NCBI GenBank assembly: GCA_943787795.1
Contig: CALSNU010000001.1
Span: forward strand, 992,001 to 1,056,000
Length of the DNA stretch: 64,000 bases
Direction: 5' to 3'
Source: an uncultured bacterium
GTDB lineage: Bacteria; Planctomycetota; UBA1135; GCA-002686595
Every line of letters starts with the position of its first letter. Positions within the stretch are counted from its first letter, which is position 1. Position numbers and translations under genes: made by a program. The notes below the pieces were generated by a model. It saw nothing but the letters and a program-made list of their open reading frames with translations, searched no databases and was not told the origin of the DNA. This document shows positions 20,942 to 30,322 of the stretch, one piece after another.

Positions 20942-22501
20942 ATGCTCCGATCCCTCTCCCTGCTCGTCGCGTCGTCGGCCGCCGCTCTCCTCCCCGCCAG
21001 CGTCGCGGACATTCAGTGGTCGCCCTCCTTCGGGGACGCGCTCGAGGCCGCTGCTAGCGACGAGCGGGTGATCTTCATCGCGGTCAACATGGACGGCGAG
21101 CGGGCCAACGATCAGATGGCCGGGAAGGTCTACAAGAACCGGGGCATCAAGGAGCTCGCGGCCGAGACGGTCAACCTGATCGCCTCCGCGGACCGGCACC
21201 GCAAGAGCGGCAAGTGCCCGCGCTTTGGATGCGAGTCCTGTGAGCAGCACCGATTCGTGGACATCGCCGTGCGCGAAGAGGTCCTGAAGCCGTCGGCGAC
21301 GGGCGCGGTGATCGCGCCACAGCACGTGTTCTGCGCGCCGGACGGGAGCGTGATCCTCTCGGTGCCCTACGGGATCTCGGTCTCGGAGCTGGAGTGGTGC
21401 TTCCACGAGGCCGCGGCGATCCAGGCGGGCGTCGAGCTCGCCGACCGGTCCCACCCGGGGCGCAGGCCTCGGCGCCTGATCGTGGGGGACGTGGCTCAGC
21501 TCGGTGGGGCGGATGGACCGGTCACCCGCGAGGAGGCGCTGGAGCTCATCGCTACCATCAAGAAGGGGGGCAACGGCGGGGAACAGCGGGAGATGATCCG
21601 GCGGCTCGCGACCTCCGACGAGCCCGAGGCGAGGGAGTACGTCCTCAGCGTCTTGCGCGCAGGCGGCAGCACCGGCCGAGGTGGGGGCGGCGGTCGTGGC
21701 GGGCGCGGCGGTGGCGGCGGCGGCCGCGGCGGCAACTCGGATCGCGAGCGGGGCCAGCTCCTGCGGTGGATCGGAGAGCAGTCGCCGGCCAGCTACTGGG
21801 AGGTCTGCATCGAGTTCGCAGACAGCGGGGCCGACGCCGTCAAGCAGGAGGCCGTCGTCGCCCTCGAGCAACTGGGGGCGGAGGACTCGCTCTCGGTCCT
21901 CATGAAGGCGCTGCGGCGGAGCGGGTCCGAGCCTGAGCGGCAGAAGAACGTGCTCCGCGCCATCGGCTCGGTGGCGAGGGATGACCGCAAGGCGCGCTCG
22001 GCGCTGCTCAAGGCCTCGGTGGATCGCAAGCAGCCCTTGATCCGCGCCAACGCGCTCCTCGCCCTCGGGTGGCTGGACGCGGACGAGGACGTGGCGGAGC
22101 GCCTGAAGGCGGCGGCCACGCCCGCGGTCCACGGGGGTCTCGCGAAGGTCGACGTGGAGGACGTGACCGAGGAGGAGCGCCTCGCCGCGGTCGTCGCCAT
22201 GGGGATCTCAAGGCAGCCCGAGTGGAAGCCATTCCTCGAGCAGCTGGCCGCCGCCGAGGCGGACGAGTCAGACCTGAAGGAGGCCGCTCAGGCCAGCCTC
22301 AGCGTCCTCGCTGGCAAGCCCTACGCCGGGCTCCGCTCGTTCCTGGAGACCGCTGGCTCCGACGAGATCCCGCGGGAGCGACTTTTCGGGCGTGGGGGCG
22401 GCCGGCGCGGAGAGAGGCAGCCTGAAGGGCGACGTGGTCGCGGCGAGGGCGAGAGCGAGGGCGAGGGCGAAAGGGAAGAGGGAGAGGGCGGCCGCGACTG
22501 A
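20942..22501 (+). CDS. Secreted protein with thioredoxin-like N-terminal domain and HEAT repeats
   Basis: Signal peptide; 'IQWSPSFGDALEAAASDERVIFIAV' and 'PQHVFCAPDG' Trx-like elements; HEAT-like 'IRANALLALGWL'; Gly/Arg-rich linker. Confidence 0.75.
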   Translation: MLRSLSLLVASSAAALLPASVADIQWSPSFGDALEAAASDERVIFIAVNMDGERANDQMAGKVYKNRGIKELAAETVNLIASADRHRKSGKCPRFGCESCEQHRFVDIAVREEVLKPSATGAVIAPQHVFCAPDGSVILSVPYGISVSELEWCFHEAAAIQAGVELADRSHPGRRPRRLIVGDVAQLGGADGPVTREEALELIATIKKGGNGGEQREMIRRLATSDEPEAREYVLSVLRAGGSTGRGGGGGRGGRGGGGGGRGGNSDRERGQLLRWIGEQSPASYWEVCIEFADSGADAVKQEAVVALEQLGAEDSLSVLMKALRRSGSEPERQKNVLRAIGSVARDDRKARSALLKASVDRKQPLIRANALLALGWLDADEDVAERLKAAATPAVHGGLAKVDVEDVTEEERLAAVVAMGISRQPEWKPFLEQLAAAEADESDLKEAAQASLSVLAGKPYAGLRSFLETAGSDEIPRERLFGRGGGRRGERQPEGRRGRGEGESEGEGEREEGEGGRD

Positions 22502-22620
22502 CCGTCGCGTCCCCGGCCGCCTCATGGGCGAACGCCGGGCGGTCCGCTGATACCCTGACTCTCCAGTCGGAGCGGTTCAGCCGCTCACCCCGCCCTGAAC
22601 GCGCCCACGCGCCCCGACCC

Positions 22621-23154
22621 ATGACACCCTTCACGCTGCCCGAGTCCATCCTCCAGAGTCCCATCTCGGCGACACCTGCACTCGCGGGCGCTTCGACCCT
22701 CGGCGTAGCCCTTGGCGACGAGCCCACCATCGTGGTGTTCGTCCGGCACCTGGGGTGAACGTTCTGCCGGCGTGACATCGAGAACCTGCGCGCCCGCGCT
22801 GCGGACCCGGCCTTCCCGCCGGCGCTCGTGGTGCACATGGGCACCCTCGAGGAGGGGGAGCGGTTCTTCGAGGAGCGCTGGCCGGAGGCGCGTGCCGTCT
22901 CCGACCCGGACAAGGTCCTTTTCGATGCCTTCGGGCTGGAGCGCGGGTCGCTCCTGCAGCTCGTGGGGCCCGGAACCTGGGCGGCCGGCTTTCGAGCCCG
23001 ACGGCACGGTGTGGGGCTCCCCAAGGGGGACCCTCGAGTGCTGGCTGGGTCCTTCCTCGTGAAGGGTGCCGAGGTGCTGGAGTCCGACCTGGCAACGACG
23101 TCCGCGTCGACGCCGGACCTGAGCCGGCTCGCGCGCGCGGCCGAGGCTCTCTGA
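22621..23154 (+). CDS. Peroxiredoxin-like (AhpC/TSA-2, SelU/SelL-related) selenoprotein, UxxC motif, in-frame TGA at 22756-22758
   Basis: ATG 22621 reads ...TIVVFVRHLG-TGA-TFCRRDIENL and continues in the same frame into the 22828 ORF (VHMGT..., VSDPDKVLFDAFGLERG). TGA sits at the first Cys of the family's RHxGCxxC motif. Confidence 0.85.
22759..22786 (+). promoter_or_regulatory. Candidate bacterial SECIS hairpin
   Basis: GUUCU (22761-65) pairs with AGAAC (22781-85); inner CGG/UCG stem and G-containing apical loop lie immediately 3' of the UGA. Confidence 0.5.
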
Positions 23155-23242
23155 CATGAACCGGCCCCGGACTCCTCGCGGGAGACCGGGGCCGGCGACA
23201 CCCAGGAGCAGCACCTGGGCCCTCATGGCCCCGTGGGCCCGG

Positions 23243-25210
23243 TCACTGGAGTCGGTAGTAGCGGACGACCTTGTCGGCCGAGTCGCCGTCACCGTTCAGG
23301 TCGCCCCCGGCCATGAACTCGTCGGTCAGGAAGCCTCCGAATCTGGCCTGCCCCACCTGGAAGTAGGTGGCGGGCGTCGGCGCGTTGTCCGCCGTGGCGA
23401 AGTACGTGCTGGCGAACGCGCCGACCAGGCTGAAGCGCTGGAGAACGAAGTCGGTCGCGTCCCCGTCGCCGTTGATGTCAGAGTTCCCCTGTGCAGCCTC
23501 GGAGATCCGGTGGATGCCGACGTTCTGCTTCACGCGGAGGCCTGGGCTGGTCGCGGCGACCGCGAAGGCGACGCCCGGAAACGTGAGCGTATTGCCGGAG
23601 ACGACGGTGGGGATCGTGGAGATCGAGTCCACGAAGTCGCCGTCGTTGTTCCCGGTGTAGCCCGGGCCGAGCCCCGCGAGGAGGCTGTCCTCGGTGATCG
23701 CCGCGAAGAAGCGGCTGGGGTCTTCGAGGTCCGGCTGGATCCAGGTCGTGCCAACGGGCGTCGTGAAGGTGGAGCCGTGATCGAAGTTCCAGGCTTGGCC
23801 GCTGGCTGAGGGCTGGTGGGCGGCCACGAGGTTCCGGTCGGTGCCCGGATCCCCGTCATGATCTCTGCCGTCGGCCGCCTCGTCCACGACGATGGCCCAG
23901 GTGTCTTCGAGCGCGATGACGCCGCCGGTTCCACCGGCGATGTTGCCCCGTACGGCGAGCAGGCGCCCGGAGCTGGTCACGGGCAGGGGGGGGGCGATGG
24001 GGTCTGCGGCGGCCACCCACCGGAAGATCCCGTCGATGGAGTCGCCGTCGCCGTTGAGGTCGCAGCCAGGGCCGCTGCCCTCCTCGACCTCCGGCGAGAC
24101 CGTACCGACGAACTGGTCGATCATCGCGTAGGCCTGGGTGTCCCCGACGAGCCCGGTGTTGACGGCGGGTGTCCCGGCGATCAGGTCACCGAGTTGAAAC
24201 CAGTGCAGAACCGCGTCGGTCTCGTCGGTATCCGGGACGGCCACACAGTTGCCGGGCTGCCAGGCGCCGGTGAAGTCCGCCGGGTCGTTGAGGTTGTCAT
24301 TCTGGCTGGCCTCATCCACGAGGAAGGCCGCGAGCCACTCGCCTCCGCCGACCACGGGCACCGCGTCAGCGCTGCTGCCAGTATCGAAGGCGAGTCCGAC
24401 GTTCACGATCTGCGGAGTCAGCGCGCCAGCGTCGACCACGGCGAGGATGTTGTCGTCGACCGCGTCCCCGTCGCCGTTGAGCTCGCCTTCGATGACCTCG
24501 TCTGCCACCAGGAAGACGAAGCCGGCGCTCTCGCTCTGCACCGAGTACGAGACCCCGTCGTTGTTGGGGTCGGTGCCCGTGAGGACCATCGCGGGCGCGG
24601 CGGGAGCAGCCCCCGCGGCGGCGACCGCCGCCAGGTAGAGGTTGGACTCCATTGAGGCCGTGGGGGCGGTCGCGGAGGGGTAGAGGAGCCGGTCGGCCGC
24701 GCTGACGAGGCCGCCGCTGAGGCTCGTGGGGACCTCGTCATAGAAGACCGGGTCCGGGGTGCCGACGGCGTGGAAGAGCAGGACCCGGTCGGTCAGGTCC
24801 GTATCAAGGTTCCAGTCACGACCGTCCTGGGCCTCGTCCACGAGGATGAACAGCGTCTCGTTCACGAAGGTGACCTCGATCGCGGCGACGTTGAGGACCT
24901 CGGAGATCCGGGTGCTCGTGTTGTGCCGTACGGCGATGGAGTCGAGCGTATCGCCGTCCCCGTTGAAGTCCGTACCGGCCCCGGCGCCTTGGCCCGCCTC
25001 TGAGAGGCGGTAGGCCAGCCAGTCGTTGTCCGCACGCAGCGGCTCCGTGTTGCTGGCGGCCGCGTGCTCCGTGCTACGGACAACGAAGGCCTGGGAGGGC
25101 TCTTCCTCACTCGAGCAACCCACCGCGAGAGTGCACGCAAGGGCGGCCCCGAGCAACGAGGAGCGGGACGTCGTGGGACGGGAGGGCGGGGGGCAGTTCA
25201 CGATGCTCAT
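23243..25210 (-). CDS. Lipoprotein with about 9 repeats carrying D-x-N-G-D-G-D-x-x-D loops (putative Ca-binding beta-propeller)
   Basis: Lipobox LAVG-C; repeated 'V.E..(Q)G.D(L/F/I)NGDGD..D' units; very acidic. Confidence 0.75.
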   Translation of the reverse strand: MSIVNCPPPSRPTTSRSSLLGAALACTLAVGCSSEEEPSQAFVVRSTEHAAASNTEPLRADNDWLAYRLSEAGQGAGAGTDFNGDGDTLDSIAVRHNTSTRISEVLNVAAIEVTFVNETLFILVDEAQDGRDWNLDTDLTDRVLLFHAVGTPDPVFYDEVPTSLSGGLVSAADRLLYPSATAPTASMESNLYLAAVAAAGAAPAAPAMVLTGTDPNNDGVSYSVQSESAGFVFLVADEVIEGELNGDGDAVDDNILAVVDAGALTPQIVNVGLAFDTGSSADAVPVVGGGEWLAAFLVDEASQNDNLNDPADFTGAWQPGNCVAVPDTDETDAVLHWFQLGDLIAGTPAVNTGLVGDTQAYAMIDQFVGTVSPEVEEGSGPGCDLNGDGDSIDGIFRWVAAADPIAPPLPVTSSGRLLAVRGNIAGGTGGVIALEDTWAIVVDEAADGRDHDGDPGTDRNLVAAHQPSASGQAWNFDHGSTFTTPVGTTWIQPDLEDPSRFFAAITEDSLLAGLGPGYTGNNDGDFVDSISTIPTVVSGNTLTFPGVAFAVAATSPGLRVKQNVGIHRISEAAQGNSDINGDGDATDFVLQRFSLVGAFASTYFATADNAPTPATYFQVGQARFGGFLTDEFMAGGDLNGDGDSADKVVRYYRLQ

Positions 25211-25286
25211 GGGATGGCGGTGGATCAACAGATGAAGCAGGGGCGACCTCGGCCGGTGCTCAGCGACGCATTGTGCATCAAGAGGA

Positions 25287-27238
25287 CTACCCGCGCAGGT
25301 CTTCTAGTTCCTCCCAACGGGCGAAGACTTCTTCGAGCCGCTTCTGGGCGGCCTCTCTCTCGGCGGTGAGGGCCTTGGGGCGCTGCGGGTCGGCGCCGGG
25401 CGCGTAGATGTCGGGGCTCCCGAGGGATCTGTCCAGCCCTGCGATCTGCTCCTCAAGCTGGCTCACTTCCGCCTCGACCTCGACGAGCTCCTTCTCCTGC
25501 CAGGGGGTGAGCCGCTTGGGAGCCGGGGTGTCCTGGCTGGGCCTCTCGGCGGCCTCTTGGGCTAGCTTCTTTGCCGGCTCCTGGCTCGCTCCCTTACGAG
25601 CCCGCTGCTCCGCGAGCCGATCGGCCTCACGCTCCGCCGTGATCTGGGGCAGGAGCTCCGCGAGGCCGCCGTGGTGGAGCCGCACGCCGCCCTTGCCGTC
25701 GAGGTACAAGAGGTGGGTCGCCACGCGGTCGAGGAACCAGCGGTCGTGGCTCACGATCACCGCCGCGCCGGGGAACAGGGCGAGGGACTCCTCCAGCGCG
25801 CGCAGGGTGGTCAGGTCGAGGTCGTTGGTGGGCTCATCGAGCACCAGGACGTTGCCGCCCTGGAGGAGGAGCTTGGCCAGCAGGACCCGCGCGCGCTCCC
25901 CGCCGGAGAGGGTCTTGACCAGCGAGTCCCGGCGGCGCGCGTCAAAGCCGAACTTGTCGAGAAAGCTCTCCACGCGCACCGTGCGGTCGCCGACAGCGAC
26001 CACGCCCTGCCGGCCCGCGACGTTCTCGGCCACGGAGGCGTCGGGGTCTAGCTCGGTGCGCTCCTGGTCGACGCCCATGAACGAGACCGTCTCGCCGACC
26101 TCGCGGCTGCCGGTGTCCGGTGGCTCCTGGCCCAGGAGCAGCCTCAGGAAGGTCGACTTCCCCGCGCCGTTGGGCCCGATCACGCCCAGGCGCATGCCGG
26201 GCCCGAGCTCCAGGTCAAAGGGGGAGAGGATGGTGCGCTCGCCGTAGCGCTTGGTGACGCCCTCGAGGTGGACCACCCGCGCACCCAGGCGCGGCCCGGG
26301 GGGGGAGGCTGAATTCGAGGTCCTCGGGGCGTAGCTCGGGCGCGGCCTCCACGAGGTCGTCGTAGCGCTGGATGCGGGCCTTGGACTTCGTGGTCCGTGC
26401 GGGGGGGGCCGCGGCGGATCCAGGCGGTCTCTCGCCTGAGGACCGCGAGCCGGCCAGCCTCCGCGCGCTGCTCCGCGATGAGGCGCGCGGCGCGCTGCTC
26501 GAGGTAGTCGCTGTAGCCGCCCTGATAGGACCAGAGCTTGGACGCGTCGAGCTCGACGATTCGATCGCAGACACGCTCGAGCAGGTAGCGGTCGTGGGTG
26601 ACGAGGACCAGCGGGATGCGGGTCTCCAGGAACCAGTCCTCGAGCCAGTCGGTGACGAAGGCGTCGAGGTGGTTGGTGGGCTCGTCCAGGAGGAGCACGT
26701 CGGGCCGTGACACCAGCAGGCGTGCGAGCGCGACCCGGCGCTTCTCACCGCCCGAAAACGGTCCGCACTTGGCGTCGGGGTCCGGGATGTCGAGTGAGGT
26801 CAGGGCCTCCTCGATGCGGTGCTCCACGTCGTGGCCGCCCGAGTCCTCGAGGCGTTGCTCCAGTCGCTCCAGGCGGGCCAAGAGCTTCTCCATGGCCTCG
26901 CCCTCAACCTCGCCCAGCTGCTCATGGACCGTGGCGAGCTCGGCCAGGATCTTCTCCCTGCCGGCCAGGCCCTTGCGCACGGCCTCACGGGCCGAGAGCT
27001 GTCCATCCAGCTCCGGCTCCTGCTCCAGGAAGCCCACGCGGCGTCCGGAGCGCAGGGTCACCACGCCCTCGTCGGGGGGGTCCACCCCGGCGAGGATCCG
27101 CAGGAGCGAGGACTTGCCAGACCCGTTCCGTCCCACGAGGCCCACGCGCTCACCCTCGCCCAGCTCGAAGCTGACCCCCTCGAAGAGGGTCCTGTCGTTG
27201 AACCCCTTGGTCCCGTTCTCGAGGGCGATGAGCGTCAT
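25287..27238 (-). pseudogene. ABC-F family ATPase (Uup-like), interrupted by two +1 frameshifts (real or assembly error)
   Basis: ABC1: GRNGSGKS, FSGGEKRR, LLLDEPTNHLD. ABC2: GPNGAGKS, LSGGERAR, LVLDEPTNDLD. The linker GPPARTTKSKARI...LPPGPRLG is spread over three frames, switching at G8 runs 26401-26408 and 26298-26305. Confidence 0.85.
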
Positions 27239-27399
27239 GGAGGGAACGGTCCTCGCTTCGCCGCTCCAGGTCAAGGCCGAGGGGGGTCGGCTCTGGCGAG
27301 GTTCTCGGGGGTCAGGGGGGCGATCCAGAAGGGAGACTCCACATCGCGGCCCTCCGCGCACCCATGCGCTGGGCCACGGCGAATAGGCTAAGCCTCGCA

Positions 27400-28137
27400 A
27401 TGACGTTCTCTCTCCGCCCCTCGATCCACATGACGTGGCGCGACCTGTGTTTCATGCACTGGCGAGCTGATGCAGCGGCGCTGCGGCCGTTGATCCCGGA
27501 CTCGCTGGAGATCGACCAGTTCGACGGGGCCGCCTGGGTGGGGGTGGTGCCCTTCGAGATGAGGGACACGCGCATCTCGCCGCTGCCCGCGGTGCCCGGG
27601 GTGCGGCACTTTCCCGAGCTGAACCTGCGGACTTATGTGAAGCACGGTGACCGGCCCGGGGTCTGGTTCTTCAGCCTGGACGCGGGCTCGAAGGTCGCGG
27701 TGCGCGCAGCGCGGCAGACGTTCGCGCTGCCCTACTTCGACGCAGAGATGTCCATCAAGCGAGAGCCTGGGGGCTCGATTCAGTTCGCAAGCCAGCGTCA
27801 GGACCGCTTCGGTGGGCCGCCAGCGGCGCTCGACGTGCGCTTTCGGCCCTGTGGACCGGAGGCTCCGGGTGAGCCGGGCTCCCTCGAGCACTTCCTGACC
27901 GAGCGCTACTCGCTGTTTGCGCAGCGCGGATACGGCGTCCCAAGGAGCCTGCGCGGCGGCCTCCTGCGAGGCGATATCGAACACTCGCCCTGGCCGCTGC
28001 AAGCGGCCGAGGTCGAGCTGGGGCGGAACGACATGTTCCAGATCGCCGGCCTGGAGATCCCCGAAGAGCCGCCCTTGCTGCACTTCGCGGGTGAGGTGAA
28101 CGTGCGTGCGTTCCCGCCCCGAAGGGTCGGCCCCTGA
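27400..28137 (+). CDS. DUF2071 / YqjF-family protein
   Basis: 'MTWRDLCFMHW', 'AWVGVVPFEM', 'FPELNLRTYV', 'PGVWFFSLDA', 'FLTERY', 'HSPWPLQ'. Confidence 0.93.
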   Translation: MTFSLRPSIHMTWRDLCFMHWRADAAALRPLIPDSLEIDQFDGAAWVGVVPFEMRDTRISPLPAVPGVRHFPELNLRTYVKHGDRPGVWFFSLDAGSKVAVRAARQTFALPYFDAEMSIKREPGGSIQFASQRQDRFGGPPAALDVRFRPCGPEAPGEPGSLEHFLTERYSLFAQRGYGVPRSLRGGLLRGDIEHSPWPLQAAEVELGRNDMFQIAGLEIPEEPPLLHFAGEVNVRAFPPRRVGP

Positions 28138-28196
28138 CGGCTGGTGGCCCCTGACGCCTGGTGGCCCCTGACGCCTGGTGGCATCTCACTCCTGGC
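28129..28196. repeat. Tandem repeat 3 x 17 bp (GGCCCCTGACGCCTGGT) plus one degenerate copy, overlapping the stop codon
   Basis: Direct inspection. Confidence 0.9.
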
Positions 28197-28330
28197 GGCA
28201 CCCGCTCTGCCGCCGCCTCGGCCCTGCAGTCCCACCTGATCTGCCGGCGCGGTGGCCCTGAGGGGCCCTTCGCTCCCTCCCCGCACAGGTCGCGGCCCTG
28301 TCGATCCGGGCTCCTCGCGATCTTCGCTCC

Positions 28331-30208
28331 TCAGCGGGTAATCTTGACGCCTTGCCCGTCCCCTTCAAGTCGGAGGGTGGTGGTCTCGCCGGCGCGGACC
28401 TCAACCGTGCCCAGGCTCGCGCCCTCCAGCCGGAGCTCGTAGTCCCCGGCGGGGGTGAGACCGAAGTTGAAGTCTCCGCTGGCGTCGGGAAAGCAGAGCG
28501 AGGTCGCGCGGGTGCCTGCAGCGCCTCGGCGCTTTCGCTCCTCGTCACCCGGAATCAGGGTCAGGATTCGCCCCTCTGCTGCCCGGCTCTTCCACGTGCC
28601 GCGGACCGTTCCGGTCGCGCCACTGAGGACGAGGACCGGACGAGGGACCGGACGAGTCGTGCCGTGGGCCTTCGGGGTCGAGGTGAGCCGGTCCCCCAGG
28701 TTCTCCAGGGCCATCACCTCGACGGCGGGGCCGAGCGCTCCCCGGATCTCAAGTCGCCCTGCCTCGTCGGTGAGGGCGCGGAAGGCCGGGAGCGGAGCGC
28801 CCACCACGAGGACCTCCCGGAAGCTCGCGGGCTCGCCGTCCTGGGTCGTGACCTCGAGCTGCCACGGGCTCTGTGGATCGCCGATCGGACCGGGAGCGCC
28901 GGCGTAGACCCGGTCGAGGCGCGCGACGCCTGGCTTGCTCCGGAGCGGCGCGCCGCCCGGTTGAACGGCGAAGGGCTGCGATGTGAGGAAGAGGTTCCCT
29001 TGCAGCGCCAGCCGAATCCAGCCCTGCTCGACCTCGGGGAAGCGGAGCTTGCCGCCGAGATCCACGGGAAAGACCACCAGAACGGGAGCTCGCTCGACGC
29101 CCGGGCGCGGGCTCGCGGCCGGGTCCGGCTTGGAGCCGAGTGAGGCGAGCGAGGTCGGCGCATCCACCGCCCGCATCAGGTGTTTGGGGAGGCGAGGCCG
29201 AGCGCCTGGGCGATCGTCACGGTCGCCGGTCACGCTGACCGGGATGACGGACGGGACGCGCAGGGGGGAGGACTCGAAGTCGAGGTCGGCCACCACCGTC
29301 TTCCCGTCGGGAGCCAGCGCCTGCAGTCGCTGGAACTGGATCGTGTCGAAGGGAGCGAGGAACAGCGTCTCGGGCCCCGCCTCAATGCGGACCCGTGCCG
29401 TCGACGTCTCACCGGCGGTGACGCTGACGAGGAGCGGCGAGCCGTTGCGGAGCGTGGCCGCGCCGAGGAATCCGTCGCGGGTGAGATAGAGGGTGCCCCG
29501 GCCCGCCGGCGCCCGCAGACGGCCCCGGCTTCCGACGAAGCTGACGGAGGCCTGTGCCTTGCGGTGACTCGCGGGCTCGGGCCGCGCGTCGGTCCAGGTG
29601 GCGTGGAAGAGCTCCTCGGGCTGCGCGCCAACGACCTCGATCTCCACGGTGCCGGTCTCGTGCAAGACACACACGGCCAGCTGTCGAAGGTCGATGGTGG
29701 CGAGGCGCTCGATGTCCTCCGGGCCGTCCTCGAGGCGGCGCTCCGCGTGGACATAGGCCACCGTCCAGTCCGGGTCGGGGCACGTGATATCGAGGGCCTC
29801 GGGGGCGGCCCCAGGCTCCCACGTGATCATGCCCCGCGGGTCGCTGCGCTCGCCGCCCGAGAGTCGCGCCGAGACCGAGGTCCCGGGGAGCCGTTCGATG
29901 AAGTGCAGCTCGACGCCTGGGACGGGGATCCCGGCGCCGTCGACCACGAGCAGGCTCGCCGGCTGCGGTTGGGCCTCGACCGGCTCCTGGGTGGCCTCCT
30001 GGCTAAACGGGCTCGCGCTGAGAGGGCTCACGAGGAGGACCGCGAGGGCGGCCAGGCCCCAGGCCGAAGGGGTCTGCTTCAGGGGCCACCGCAGGGGCCA
30101 CCGCAGGGGCCACTTCAGGACCCGCGTCAGGGGGGCAGGTGCCGCGAGCGGGTCCTGGGAGCGACGCGTCCTGGCGACGGCGGTGAGCAGCGTGCGGCGT
30201 GAGGTCAT
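28331..30208 (-). CDS. Secreted hypothetical protein with carboxypeptidase-regulatory-like beta-sandwich domains (start uncertain)
   Basis: Hydrophobic signal-like segment; 'VVDGAGIPVPGVEL', 'TDEAGRLEI', 'DASGDFNFGLTPAGDYELRL'. In-frame 12-bp repeat at 30080-30115 (WPLR). Confidence 0.7.
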   Translation of the reverse strand: MTSRRTLLTAVARTRRSQDPLAAPAPLTRVLKWPLRWPLRWPLKQTPSAWGLAALAVLLVSPLSASPFSQEATQEPVEAQPQPASLLVVDGAGIPVPGVELHFIERLPGTSVSARLSGGERSDPRGMITWEPGAAPEALDITCPDPDWTVAYVHAERRLEDGPEDIERLATIDLRQLAVCVLHETGTVEIEVVGAQPEELFHATWTDARPEPASHRKAQASVSFVGSRGRLRAPAGRGTLYLTRDGFLGAATLRNGSPLLVSVTAGETSTARVRIEAGPETLFLAPFDTIQFQRLQALAPDGKTVVADLDFESSPLRVPSVIPVSVTGDRDDRPGARPRLPKHLMRAVDAPTSLASLGSKPDPAASPRPGVERAPVLVVFPVDLGGKLRFPEVEQGWIRLALQGNLFLTSQPFAVQPGGAPLRSKPGVARLDRVYAGAPGPIGDPQSPWQLEVTTQDGEPASFREVLVVGAPLPAFRALTDEAGRLEIRGALGPAVEVMALENLGDRLTSTPKAHGTTRPVPRPVLVLSGATGTVRGTWKSRAAEGRILTLIPGDEERKRRGAAGTRATSLCFPDASGDFNFGLTPAGDYELRLEGASLGTVEVRAGETTTLRLEGDGQGVKITR

Positions 30209-30322
30209 GATCGCCTGAGATTATCCGAGTGACGGGGCGGTGTTTCGGGTCTGTCCGTGGCTTCTGGTCGGTTCCGCGGGCACCCTCATCGCCCGCGGCG
30301 CGCCATCACGGCCCCGCGCCCC

